Source: a bacterium (GTDB lineage: Bacteria; SAR324; NAC60-12). From it: a DNA stretch of 64,000 nt. The position numbers and the translations under genes are program-made. The DNA lies in the NCBI GenBank assembly GCA_965209155.1, contig OZ242383.1, forward strand, positions 2,306,051 to 2,370,050. Reading direction: 5' to 3'. Positions 1-8,520 of the stretch are shown here, one piece after another (position 1 is the first letter of the stretch; every line of letters starts with the position of its first letter). The notes beneath the pieces were generated by a model that did not search any database, was not told the origin of the DNA, and saw nothing but the letters and a program-made list of their open reading frames with translations.

Positions 1-1126
1 TAAGCGAGTATCGCGCATTGGAACAAGGCACTGTTGGCCCAAAAATCATCGGTTTTAATCTGAGCCAGCGCGGTTTGATTTTTTGCTTCCTCGATCCATG
101 TCTCAGCGGCGGCCCTCTGGCCATACTCTTTGTGAGCCTGCCAGGGAGTGAGCGCATCGGTGAGAACATAACAAAAATAATCGTACTCCTTCATCTCAAA
201 GAGGGTGGCCATTTCTTTGAGTTCCTCCTCTTTCTCCCTGCGTACGGCCATGAATTTTCTTGACGCGCCCCAAGTTTCGCATTGGTGGTAAAACTCACAC
301 CCTTCCCAAGCGGGCTGCCCTTTCACTTTTTGCCATTTTTGCGTTTCCAATAACGACACGAGCCCCTTGAGTTTGACCTTGATCAGGTAGCCATGGCCTC
401 GTTCGTCGAGGAAATCCAGCAAATCCCCCACAAAAAAACCACTGTCTCCACGAAACAGAATACGAGTCCGATTCGGAAGCTGAGCAAGAAGTTGTCGCAT
501 GAATTCAACGACTCCATTGCTGGTATAGGCACTCCCGTCACGAAGCCAACCCTGAAGAATCTCCTTGGTCTCTGCGCAAAATGCCAACAGAGGATGATAC
601 GAAGCGGCCCCGCGTTTGTGGGGATTATATCCGACAGACACTCCTTGCTGCTTGCCGTAGGCCGTTTTCACAGTGGAGTCCACGTCAATCACAAGATGGC
701 GCAACCCCCCAACGTTGCTTGTCCCACTTCGAAGCGCTTTGCGCCAGATACCGGCTCGAATCCGATGGTTCAAGCTCTCCATCTCATGGATGTTTTTCTG
801 TGTGAAAGTACGCAGTATACGGCCGAATGTGGTTTCATCCGGAATCCTCAGCCAACCGGCCACACGACTCAAAACACGGTCGTTCCAAACTGTTACAATC
901 GAACGAATCGAACGGGCGCCGCCAATAATGCCAACCACCGACAAAATGACCATGTCCACCGCGTCATAAAGACTCGTGGCGCCACGTTGATGATCTATGG
1001 TCTGCTCTGTCTTCGAAACAATCCCGTGTTTGTGAAAAAATTTGACAACCGGAATCAAGCCTGCTTGAGCGGTCAGGTCTCTGCCTCCCTGGCGGATATG
1101 GATGTTTTTTGCTTTCGTTCTTGGGT
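1..1126 (-). CDS. IS1380-family (DDE_Tnp_1_4-type) transposase; 3' end runs off the window start. It is absent from the ORF track because it has no in-window stop.
   Basis: Minus-strand translation is open from about 1126 down to position 1: ...GLIPVVKFFHKHGIVSKTEQTIDHQRGATSLYDAVDMVILSVVG...GLRHLVIDVDSTVKTAYGKQQGVSVGYNPHKRGAASYHPLLAFCAETKEILQGWLRDGSAYTSNGVVEFMRQLL...KEYGQRAAAETWIEE. The D..T, YNPxKRG and SYHPL motifs are typical of IS1380-type DDE transposases. The plus-strand ORF 393-1130 is its antisense shadow. Confidence 0.55.
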
Positions 1127-1223
1127 GTAATTAAAAGTGAGGGGCAGAGAGAAACAGCTGGACAAGTGCTCAAAGTATATTGAAAGTGGGGGGGATTTCG
1201 AATGATTAACCTTCAAACAGGAG

Positions 1224-2575
1224 TTGAAAATGTCTAAATACTTGAGTTACTCGGAACTAAGGGAGGGTGACGAGTCATCTCTTTCATTAGAAGAACGGCT
1301 GTCGAAGTATCCACACCTTCGCCGTCGGATGGAATCCATTCTGGGGATTATCGAAAATGACGATGGGAGTTGCCAAACAGCCGATGAGGCTGAGAGGCGG
1401 GCGATTGAAGAAGTGCGTAAATTGGGTCAGGAAGTGCTTCAAGGCTGGTTGGGCCATCAGTCCGATATAAAAGAAGCAGAGTCTTGTCAAAAAGCGGATC
1501 TGATCCGAGATGGTAAAAAAAACTGTATTGGTACAGTACCTTTGGTGCCATTGGAATCGAAGAACTTGTTTTCCGGGAAGGACGGAGAGGAAAAAGACAG
1601 AGACCCTTGAGTGCCTCGATTGGCGTTCAGTGCCAGGGTTATTCAAAGCCTCTGCAGCGAGCGATGGTGGATTTTGGTGCCGATGTCTCCTTTGCAGCAG
1701 CGAGCCAGAAACTCAAGGAGCATTATGGCATTGACGTTCCTTCCAGCAGTATCCGAGCACGAACCCTCCATCACAGTCAGAGATGCTTCTCCCTGAAAGA
1801 AGAGCAGCCGTCTAGCAGGGAGCCCAGTGGGGTGGGGGTGGTGATTTTGGAAAGTGATGGCACCATGGTGCCTCTGGTAGAGACGGCAGACTCTACATTT
1901 ACGGGGGATCGCAGAAAAACGCGTCAAGTGAGTTGGAAAGAAGGGATTACCTCCTTAGCTTATGCTCGAGGAAGTGTCGACCCCATTTATGCTGGAACCT
2001 TGAACGGTAGAGATGAAGCGGGTTTTCAGATGAAAGAGGTCGCTCTTGAAGCGGGACTGGGAAAGCAGACGAAGATTCATGCTTTAGGGGATGGAGCCCC
2101 TTGGATCTGTGAAAAAATCGAAACTCATTTTGTCGCTCAGGCGAACTATCTCATTGATTTTTATCATCTCTGTGATTATCTTGGTGCAGCCTGCCAAGCC
2201 GCTTTTGAAGACGGCTCAGCGGCCCTGAAAAAACAGAAGCAAACCATGAAAAAAGGAGGAGCAGCCAACGTGTTAGAGCAGTTTAAATCCAGGCAAGAAT
2301 CCGAATCTATTCCCAATGAACAGGCCCCCATTCGCGCTTTGGTACGTTACATGAAAAATCGTCCCGGACAGTTTGAATACAAAACAGCTATTGATCAACA
2401 ACTCCCTATCGGCTCTGGAAAAATTGAAAGCGCCCATCGTTCCCTCATCCAAAAACGGCTCAAACTCCCTGGCGCTTGGTGGAAAAAACAACATGCCGAT
2501 CAGATGATTCAACTCAGAGTGGCAAGAGCCAATGGAAAATGGGATTGTTATTGGCAACAACTACAAAGAGCTTAA
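1224..2575 (+). pseudogene. ISKra4-family transposase split into two overlapping ORFs (1224-1610 and 1607-2575) by a frameshift.
   Basis: The C-terminal part ...IGSGKIESAHRSLIQKRLKLPGAWWKKQHADQMIQLRVARANGKWDCYW is characteristic of ISKra4-like transposases. The N-terminal ORF ends where the second begins. The frameshift could be programmed or inactivating. Confidence 0.55.
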
Positions 2576-2790
2576 TGAGATGCCCCTCACTTTTAATTAC
2601 ACCCTTCGTTCTTGCCGATCTTGTGCTAACTTTGTTTTTCATGGAAATGGTGATCTCTCAAAATTTTGAATTTGTTGTTAACTATTTGAGTATATTACCA
2701 TTTCCATCTTTGTTTGTCATCTAATTGCAGGATTTAGGTTACATAGTAACTATGTGGAATGTTAATATATGGAGGAATAAAGTGAAAAAG

Positions 2791-4500
2791 CAAAGCATAT
2801 TCCACAAACGTTTTTCTTTTCCAGAGCCGAAGTCGGTAACCGAGTGGATAAGGTGTTATCTGCGCATTCTGTTCATTGTGCTGGTTTTTGGTGTGTTCCT
2901 GTCAAGTTACTCGGAACTTCCCAACGCAACCGCTGATCCGACGGTGCTGGCTCACGCTGAATTCACTTTTGATCGGTACGAAATCGTCACGGGTGTTGCG
3001 AAACGTCAGACTGTTTTGACGGGATTTCTCCTCGGTGGTGCTATCGCAGAAGTCGCCGTAGTGCACATTGATGAGAACGACAGCCGACACTTGCGCATTT
3101 ACACGTTTGTCGACAATACTTGGACCCCGAAACTCGACACAACGCTACGTCCTGAAGTGTTGTTTGTTGATGTCGCAAACATCGGTGGACGTGATCGCTT
3201 AATCACGTATGAGAGGGGTCGTTTGAACTGGTTCGATCCGGACTCAGCGGCAGAACTTCCGTTGGTAGTGGTTACTTCCAACTTCAAGCCACCTCGCGAG
3301 AGCGAAATTCCCCATGTAGATGTCACTCAGGACGTGAATGCTGACGACCGCGATGACTTGGTAGTGCCTGATGTCGATGGCTTCTGGGTGTTCATCCAGA
3401 TGAGCGATGGTGTCTTTGCTGAGAAAGTAAAAATCGGTCCTCCTACTGAGATGGAAAGAATCCTCGGAGCCGACGGATATCGATACGACCCTTGGTCTCA
3501 GAGCCGTGTCTATGAAATTGACTACGATAGAGATGGTCGGACCGACCTTGCATGCTGGAACGAGGACCATTTCAAAGTTCATCTCCAGGACGAGCGCGGG
3601 TTGTTTGCACCGAAAGCCAAGACCTTCACGACTGATGTAGCGTTTGACTCGGATCGGGACTCCTTACTCGCCACCAGAGACATGACAGGAAAGGTGCTGC
3701 ACGCATTGTCAGACCTGAACGGCGACGACATCGCTGACCTGGTGGTTTTCAAACTGTCGGGTAGGGACATCTCCAAAAAGCATTCCAGTTACGAGGTGCA
3801 TTTTGGCACGCCAACACCCGAGGGCGGTATCGCTTTTTCAGGAGCCCCTGACATCGCGTTCCAGTCGGATGAGAGCGTTCAGCTTGGGATGGACCGGCAC
3901 GATTTCAATAGCGACGGTCAGATGGATCTGATGATCACGACTATTAATCTTGAATTCCTCAAAGGCAGTATCTGGAAAAGCATCAAGGGGTTCATGGGGG
4001 ATGACATCTGGCTGGGTCTTGAGTTCTACCAAATGGAAGAGGACCGTTATCCCGACACACCTAACACCATCCGTGGAATCGCTCTGGACGGAGTCCCCAG
4101 CCATCGTGAGCCGGGATGGGTGCCGCTGGACATCGTGCTTCGAGGCGCGACACACGAGAGACGAAAAACTGAAAAAAGTTACCCGCGAGCGTTCAACGCA
4201 ACTTTGCTCATTGGGGATGTTACCGGCGATGGTCGCTCGGATCTGCTCATCGCTGATCACCCTCGGATTATGGTCGTCTTCAGCGGCGTGCCGGGACCAG
4301 AAATATTTGCTCGACAGCCTCAGGAGGTGAAGGTCGCTGTTCCCAACGACGAGGAATACACCTGGCTGGTGGACCTCAACAGGGACGGGGTGCAAGATAT
4401 CCTGATGCATCACCCATTCACGCTACGGGATGCTCACGGAGCACCGAAACTGGCTCCGGGAACTGAACCGCATCGAGTGACGATGCTGATCGCTCGATAG
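2791..4500 (+). CDS. FG-GAP/VCBS-repeat (beta-propeller) protein with an N-terminal signal/anchor helix.
   Basis: Likely GTG start at 2791 after the RBS GGAGG. Hydrophobic segment ILFIVLVFGVFLSS. Repeated DxDxDGxxD calcium-binding-like motifs: DYDRDGRTDLACW, DLNGDDIADLVVF, NSDGQMDLMI, DVTGDGRSDLLIAD, DLNRDGVQDIL. Confidence 0.6.
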   Translation, partial: QSIFHKRFSFPEPKSVTEWIRCYLRILFIVLVFGVFLSSYSELPNATADPTVLAHAEFTFDRYEIVTGVAKRQTVLTGFLLGGAIAEVAVVHIDENDSRHLRIYTFVDNTWTPKLDTTLRPEVLFVDVANIGGRDRLITYERGRLNWFDPDSAAELPLVVVTSNFKPPRESEIPHVDVTQDVNADDRDDLVVPDVDGFWVFIQMSDGVFAEKVKIGPPTEMERILGADGYRYDPWSQSRVYEIDYDRDGRTDLACWNEDHFKVHLQDERGLFAPKAKTFTTDVAFDSDRDSLLATRDMTGKVLHALSDLNGDDIADLVVFKLSGRDISKKHSSYEVHFGTPTPEGGIAFSGAPDIAFQSDESVQLGMDRHDFNSDGQMDLMITTINLEFLKGSIWKSIKGFMGDDIWLGLEFYQMEEDRYPDTPNTIRGIALDGVPSHREPGWVPLDIVLRGATHERRKTEKSYPRAFNATLLIGDVTGDGRSDLLIADHPRIMVVFSGVPGPEIFARQPQEVKVAVPNDEEYTWLVDLNRDGVQDILMHHPFTLRDAHGAPKLAPGTEPHRVTMLIAR

Positions 4501-4743
4501 ATCCATTGGTTATATTTTTCTGTATAGGTTAACACTGTTCATTTATTTAGATATGTTAATATAACGTGAGTTTGATGAAAGTGGCATGTTGGGTTTCGCT
4601 ACGGTTTCTGACCCAAGAGTGCTTTAAAAAACCACATATTTGTCCGAGTTTCGAGGGGTTTCGTGTGTATTTACCGCTCAACCCAACCTACATGTTTATT
4701 TTCTAGCTCACGTTAATATATGAAAATCCGAAAGGAGAATAAA

Positions 4744-4923
4744 ATGGAAAAGCGAAGCCCAGTCCGCAAACACTTTTTTATTCCAAAACTGGGATCCGTA
4801 ACTGAGCGAACAAGGTATTCTCGACGAAGTTTGTTTCCCATACTGGTTCTCGGCGTATTCCTGTCGAGTTGCTTGGGATTGTCCAACAAGGCGATCGATC
4901 CGATGGTGCCTGCTCCTGTGGAA
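4744..4923 (+). pseudogene. N-terminal ~60-aa fragment of a paralog of the FG-GAP protein 2791-4500.
   Basis: ATG at 4744 after the RBS AGGAG. MEKRSPVRKHFFIPKLGSVTERTRYSRRSLFPILVLGVFLSSCLGLSNKAIDP parallels VKKQSIFHKRFSFPEPKSVTEWIRCYLRILFIVLVFGVFLSSYSELPNATADP of the full gene. The upstream box GTTAATATATG is conserved. Homology stops at about 4923, where the reverse-strand S24 gene ends. Confidence 0.45.
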
Positions 4924-5346
4924 TTAAGGATTAATCACAATGATGTCTTCTTGGTGAAATTCCGGTTCCATACTATCTCCATGCACCATCAAAGCAAACG
5001 TGCCTTTGGAATCGGTCTCAATGAAATTCCAATCCTCTTGTTGGGAATGGGTGCATTCTCTCCAATGACCGGCCTGGGTCCAGGCCAGGATCTGGATCTG
5101 TTTGCTCCTGTCTTTTTGTTCTGGTTCTCCTTGAACAGAAAGATAGCCTGTTTCTCTGAGAAATTCTTCAATTTCGATACGATAGGTCTCCAGAAATCCC
5201 ATCACCATCTCAAAGGAAGGCACACTGCTTCCCTGTTCGATATCCCGGATATGGGTATGAGAGACACCTGACAGGCGGGAGGCCTGGCGCAACGATAATC
5301 CCGCTTGATTCCTTTTCTCCTTTAAAAATACTCCAATCGTTTTCAT
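4924..5346 (-). pseudogene. XRE-family HTH plus S24 (LexA/CI-like) peptidase repressor, C-terminally truncated.
   Basis: MKTIGVFLKEKRNQAGLSLRQASRLSGVSHTHIRDIEQG (HTH_XRE) ...FALMVHGDSMEPEFHQEDIIVINP (S24 Ser motif GDSM). The ORF stops before the catalytic Lys region expected about 35-40 aa further on. Confidence 0.5.
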
Positions 5347-5355
5347 AGTGTAAAC

Positions 5356-5405
5356 CATATCTTACTTTTTTATTGAAATCAATTTCATTTTGAATGTAAG
5401 ATATA
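5356..5405. promoter_or_regulatory. Palindrome CATATCTTAC-N30-GTAAGATAT in the upstream region of the truncated repressor gene; possible operator.
   Basis: Read directly from the sequence at 5356-5365 and 5396-5404. Confidence 0.25.
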
Positions 5406-5559
5406 TATAACATGTCTTTGTTCTTCAGCTTCCATCTCTCCAATCGATAGACTCATTTTCGAGCCAATGAATGGTAGGAGGATCCAGATTTTAAAGCTGC
5501 ATCTATCTTGTGGGTGGAACCTAAAACGAATTTAGTGAGGTATTCATTTCCTGACAATG

Positions 5560-7126
5560 CCCAATTTTAAGATTGGAAATGGAAGATATAATGAACTATT
5601 AAGAGAATCATTCCTTGATCTATAAGCGACGTCATCCCGAAAAAACAGAATACTACCGCATTATTGAAGCCAACTTTGAAGCATTTGAAAGGAACTATCC
5701 GGAACTCTTTGAGGAGAATTATGGCTACCTGAGGAAAGACATCATGCCCGCTATTTACGCCTATCTGGACTGTGGAATTCCAGAGAACGGTGTGGCAAGG
5801 ATGAGGTGTGAATGTGGAGAAGACTTCTTTGTGGCTTTTTCCTGCAAAAAAAGAATGATCTGTCCCAGTTGCTCGACAAAAAGCTCTATCCTCTTTGGCG
5901 AGAAAGTCCGAGAAATCGTCAAGCCGTTTCCTCATCTTCATGTCACCTTTACCATCCCTAAAATTTTGAGAGGTTATTTCCGCAGAAACAGAAAATTACT
6001 GAATTTACTGACACAAAGCGCCAATTTCTCCATCGAACAATATTTTCACGAAACGTTAGGAATCGAAGGTGGATATACTGGGGGAATCTTTTGTATCCAG
6101 TCCCATGGTTCTCTCTTTAATTTTCACCCCCACATTCACTCGCTGGTTCTTGGAGGAATCCTGAAAGATGATAAATTCTACCAACCCTTCCAAATTTCTA
6201 CCAAGGTGATCGCGGAAATATTCAGAGCAAGGCTATTGACGGTCTTACTCAAGGAGGAAGTCATTACACAGGAGTTAATCGACTTGCTGATGTCCTGGAA
6301 CCATAACTCTGGTTTCAATGTTCATGGAAAGCAAAAAATCAATGGAGCCAATGGGGATCGCATTGAAAAAATTGCCAGGTATATGAGCAGGGCTGCTATC
6401 TCTGTTGAGAGAGTGGAGTTTAATCCAGAAGAGAACACGGTAACGGTTTATGAGAAACAAAAGAAAACTTCCTCCACCAAAACGGCCCATTACGATATAT
6501 TGGAGTTTATCGCTCTTTTGGCCGGACATATTCCGTCGCCATATGAAACGATTACATTTTATTATGGCATATACAGCAGTTCCTATCACGGTAAGGAGAA
6601 AAAAGAAAAAGGGAGGGACGACGAAGAACCAATGGAGAAAACAATTAAAGGAAAGGCTAAAGCCAGTGCGAACTGGGCGCGCTTGATTCACAAAATTTTC
6701 GAAGTCGACCCTCTATTATGCCCAAATTGCGGGAAGGAAATGAAGATCATTGCCTTCATTACCAATTACCAGGAAATCAAAAAAATATTAAAGCATCTTG
6801 GTGAGGATACACAAAGAGCACCACCCCTACCATCTATAAGCCCATCCAATGATCCCAATGACTATTACGAGGATTACATGCCTCCTGACGAGATCTATTT
6901 TGCTATTGAACAATGGGTATCTTGAGAATTCTAAAACCCAGGGATTGCTTTGTCTAAAATCCGTCCTTTCAAACCAGGACAGAGAAAAAGCACTGAAACA
7001 TTGAACAGAACACACAACCACCCACGAAACCTACCAAAAAATCAAAAAAAGACCCCCTAAAATTTGCCTTTACACACCTATTCCCAGGTGCTATCGTTTT
7101 ATGTAATTTTTGATTTTCCTATGTGG
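5560..7126 (+). mobile_element. IS91-family element copy 1. The right end near 7126 is defined by the point where identity with the partial copy at 13674-14161 stops. The left end was not located.
   Basis: Contains the tnpA gene 5615-6925. 489 bp (6638-7126) are repeated at 13674-14161. Confidence 0.5.
5615..6925 (+). CDS. tnpA: IS91-family Y2 (HUH) rolling-circle transposase.
   Basis: N-terminal Cys-rich zinc-binding region (CECGEDFFVAFSCKKRMICPSC). HUH motif NFHPHIHSLV. Tyr motif region ARYMSRAAISVERVEF. C-terminal CPNCGKEM zinc finger. Confidence 0.8.
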   Translation: MIYKRRHPEKTEYYRIIEANFEAFERNYPELFEENYGYLRKDIMPAIYAYLDCGIPENGVARMRCECGEDFFVAFSCKKRMICPSCSTKSSILFGEKVREIVKPFPHLHVTFTIPKILRGYFRRNRKLLNLLTQSANFSIEQYFHETLGIEGGYTGGIFCIQSHGSLFNFHPHIHSLVLGGILKDDKFYQPFQISTKVIAEIFRARLLTVLLKEEVITQELIDLLMSWNHNSGFNVHGKQKINGANGDRIEKIARYMSRAAISVERVEFNPEENTVTVYEKQKKTSSTKTAHYDILEFIALLAGHIPSPYETITFYYGIYSSSYHGKEKKEKGRDDEEPMEKTIKGKAKASANWARLIHKIFEVDPLLCPNCGKEMKIIAFITNYQEIKKILKHLGEDTQRAPPLPSISPSNDPNDYYEDYMPPDEIYFAIEQWVS

Positions 7127-7128
7127 CC

Positions 7129-7228
7129 GCGTGCCGAGTGCGCATCAGTCCTTGAAATGATTTGCTCTGCATCCCCTGCTTTTCGTTCCGGGAAGGGCAG
7201 GATTGCCCCTTATTTTCAAGGACTGACA
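7129..7228. other. Structured element just outside the IS91 right end. A 30-bp motif GCGTGCCGAGTG(C/G)GCATCAG(T/C)CCTTGAAAT also occurs at 13644-13673. It forms the left arm of a perfect 12-bp inverted repeat, CAGTCCTTGAAA at 7145-7156 and TTTCAAGGACTG at 7213-7224, with a 56-nt loop that itself has a GC stem.
   Basis: Read directly from the sequence. Second motif copy at 13644-13673. Confidence 0.5.
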
Positions 7229-7383
7229 CAGAGAAGAGCGAGGATCAAGTCCTGGATGAGACAAGCACCCGCCCCTGAGGAATTAAGGTGAGCAAAAAAA
7301 TCGATTGACCTCCTCTGAATATTGCTATATGGAGAGGATAATGAAGGGGATAATGAAATCTACCAGGATATCGCCATCATCGT

Positions 7384-7635
7384 TCTATTGTGATAGTTTT
7401 CAAGAAATCGTCTTTATGGCTGCTGGTCTTTCTTTTTCTATTGTGATAGTTTTCAAGAAATCGCCTTGGGCTGACGGTTTTTAAGAATTTCGGCTTGTTT
7501 TTCTATTTCTTTTTTTGATAAGTTTCAACGAATACGCCTTGGGCTGACGGTTTTTAAGAATTTCGGCTTGTTTTTCGTTTTCTCTTTTGATAGATTTCAA
7601 GAAAACGCCTTTGATTGAAGGGTTTATTTCAATTT
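7384..7635. repeat. About four degenerate tandem copies of a 55-75-bp unit (TTCTATTGTGATAGTTTTCAAGAAATCG...CCTTGGGCTGACGGTTTTTAAGAATTTCGGCTTGTTT).
   Basis: Direct reading. The spacer-like parts of units 2 and 3 are identical, so this is not a CRISPR array. Confidence 0.8.
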
Positions 7636-7962
7636 TGCTAATATTTTAGCCGAAAGTCATGAAAAACATCATATCCTCAGCAGAGGATTTTTAGAAACGG
7701 TCAACGGGGAATGGAAAAGTGCCAAAAATGTTGACTTCTGTATCTCAATATGAAAAAAATATTTTCGTTGATCATCAGAAGATATTCATGAATGAATGAG
7801 TCACCCTATTCAAAAAAACCTTGACCGTCATTTGCAGATCGATTATATAATATTTTATTCTAGGGATGGAAGGGCAATAACGCGATCCTTCGCTTTGCTG
7901 CTCGGCGAACCGTCAGGATGACATGAAAGTCTGAATTAACCCGTTTCAAGTATAAAAAATTC

Positions 7963-7991
7963 TTGACAAAAGGTTAATATGAGAGTATCAT
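7963..7991 (+). promoter_or_regulatory. Sigma70-like promoter TTGACA-N17-TATCAT.
   Basis: -35 TTGACA at 7963-7968. 17-bp spacer. -10 TATCAT at 7986-7991. Immediately followed by the heptamer repeat. Confidence 0.4.
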
Positions 7992-7996
7992 TCAAT

Positions 7997-8072
7997 CACC
8001 CGGCACCCGGCACCCGGCACCCGGCACCCGGCACCCGGCACCCGGCACCCGGCACCCGGCACCCGGCACCCC
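7997..8072. repeat. Heptanucleotide microsatellite (CACCCGG)x10 plus a partial unit.
   Basis: Ten perfect 7-bp units from 7997 to 8066, then CACCCC. Confidence 0.9.
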
Positions 8073-8080
8073 AAGTTCCC

Positions 8081-8138
8081 AGTTCCCACGTTCTAAATCC
8101 CAAGTCCCCAGTTCCCACGTTCTAAATCCCAAGTCCCC
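8081..8138. repeat. Two tandem copies of the 29-bp unit AGTTCCCACGTTCTAAATCCCAAGTCCCC.
   Basis: Direct reading. Confidence 0.85.
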
Positions 8139-8326
8139 AGTTCATTGGGTTGTCCCCCCTTATCTCATCTCGACATCAGGGAGAGATCCTTGAATTACCC
8201 CTCAGTTCATTTCAGCAAATGGAAATGCCTCGAGAGAATTGAAAGCTCATAGTTCATTGCCCCATCCTGGAGCCAATGAATCGTTTTTTTGATCACTCCA
8301 AAATGAAGGAGACCCAATGTGTAGAG

Positions 8327-8491
8327 AAAACGTCGAGAACGTGCTTTCGGGAACGAAAGCAGGTTTTAAAGCAACCCCTAATCTTGTTTTTAATCAAAAA
8401 GCAGAAAGGAGCACCATGAATCGTCAAAAAAGTAGAGGAATCGTCGAGAACGTGCTTTCGGGAATCAAAGCAGGTTTTAAAGCAATCCTTA
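8327..8491 (+). repeat. Two 53-bp direct repeats (8327-8379 and 8439-8491) in the leader of the SBP gene. Each contains a hairpin: TGCTTTCG-GGAA-CGAAAGCA, with a GNRA-like GGAA loop in copy 1.
   Basis: Direct reading. The 8-bp perfect stem is in copy 1 and is weaker in copy 2. The repeats explain the internally repeated peptide in ORF 8317 (ENVLSG.KAGFKA) and in the reverse ORF 8293-8532. Confidence 0.7.
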
Positions 8492-8520
8492 ATTATGAAC
8501 ATCCATTCGAAAGGAAAAAG

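Noticed and set aside
393-1130. 245-aa plus-strand ORF.
   Set aside because: Low-complexity odd composition. It lies exactly antisense to a well-supported IS1380-type transposase reading frame on the minus strand.
3838-4413. 191-aa minus-strand ORF.
   Set aside because: Antisense within the FG-GAP protein gene.
7064-7291. 75-aa ORF over the IS91 end.
   Set aside because: Overlaps the hairpin/30-mer structure. No coding signal.
7384-7635. Possible CRISPR array (28-30-bp repeat-like boxes alternating with 26-37-bp segments).
   Set aside because: Two of the spacer-like segments are identical, the boxes are degenerate, and there are no cas genes. It is an ordinary tandem repeat.
8317-8520. N-terminal 68 codons of the ORF-track SBP gene (and the reverse ORF 8293-8532).
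   Set aside because: The sequence is two copies of a 53-bp hairpin repeat. The true start, with signal peptide and RBS, is at 8521.
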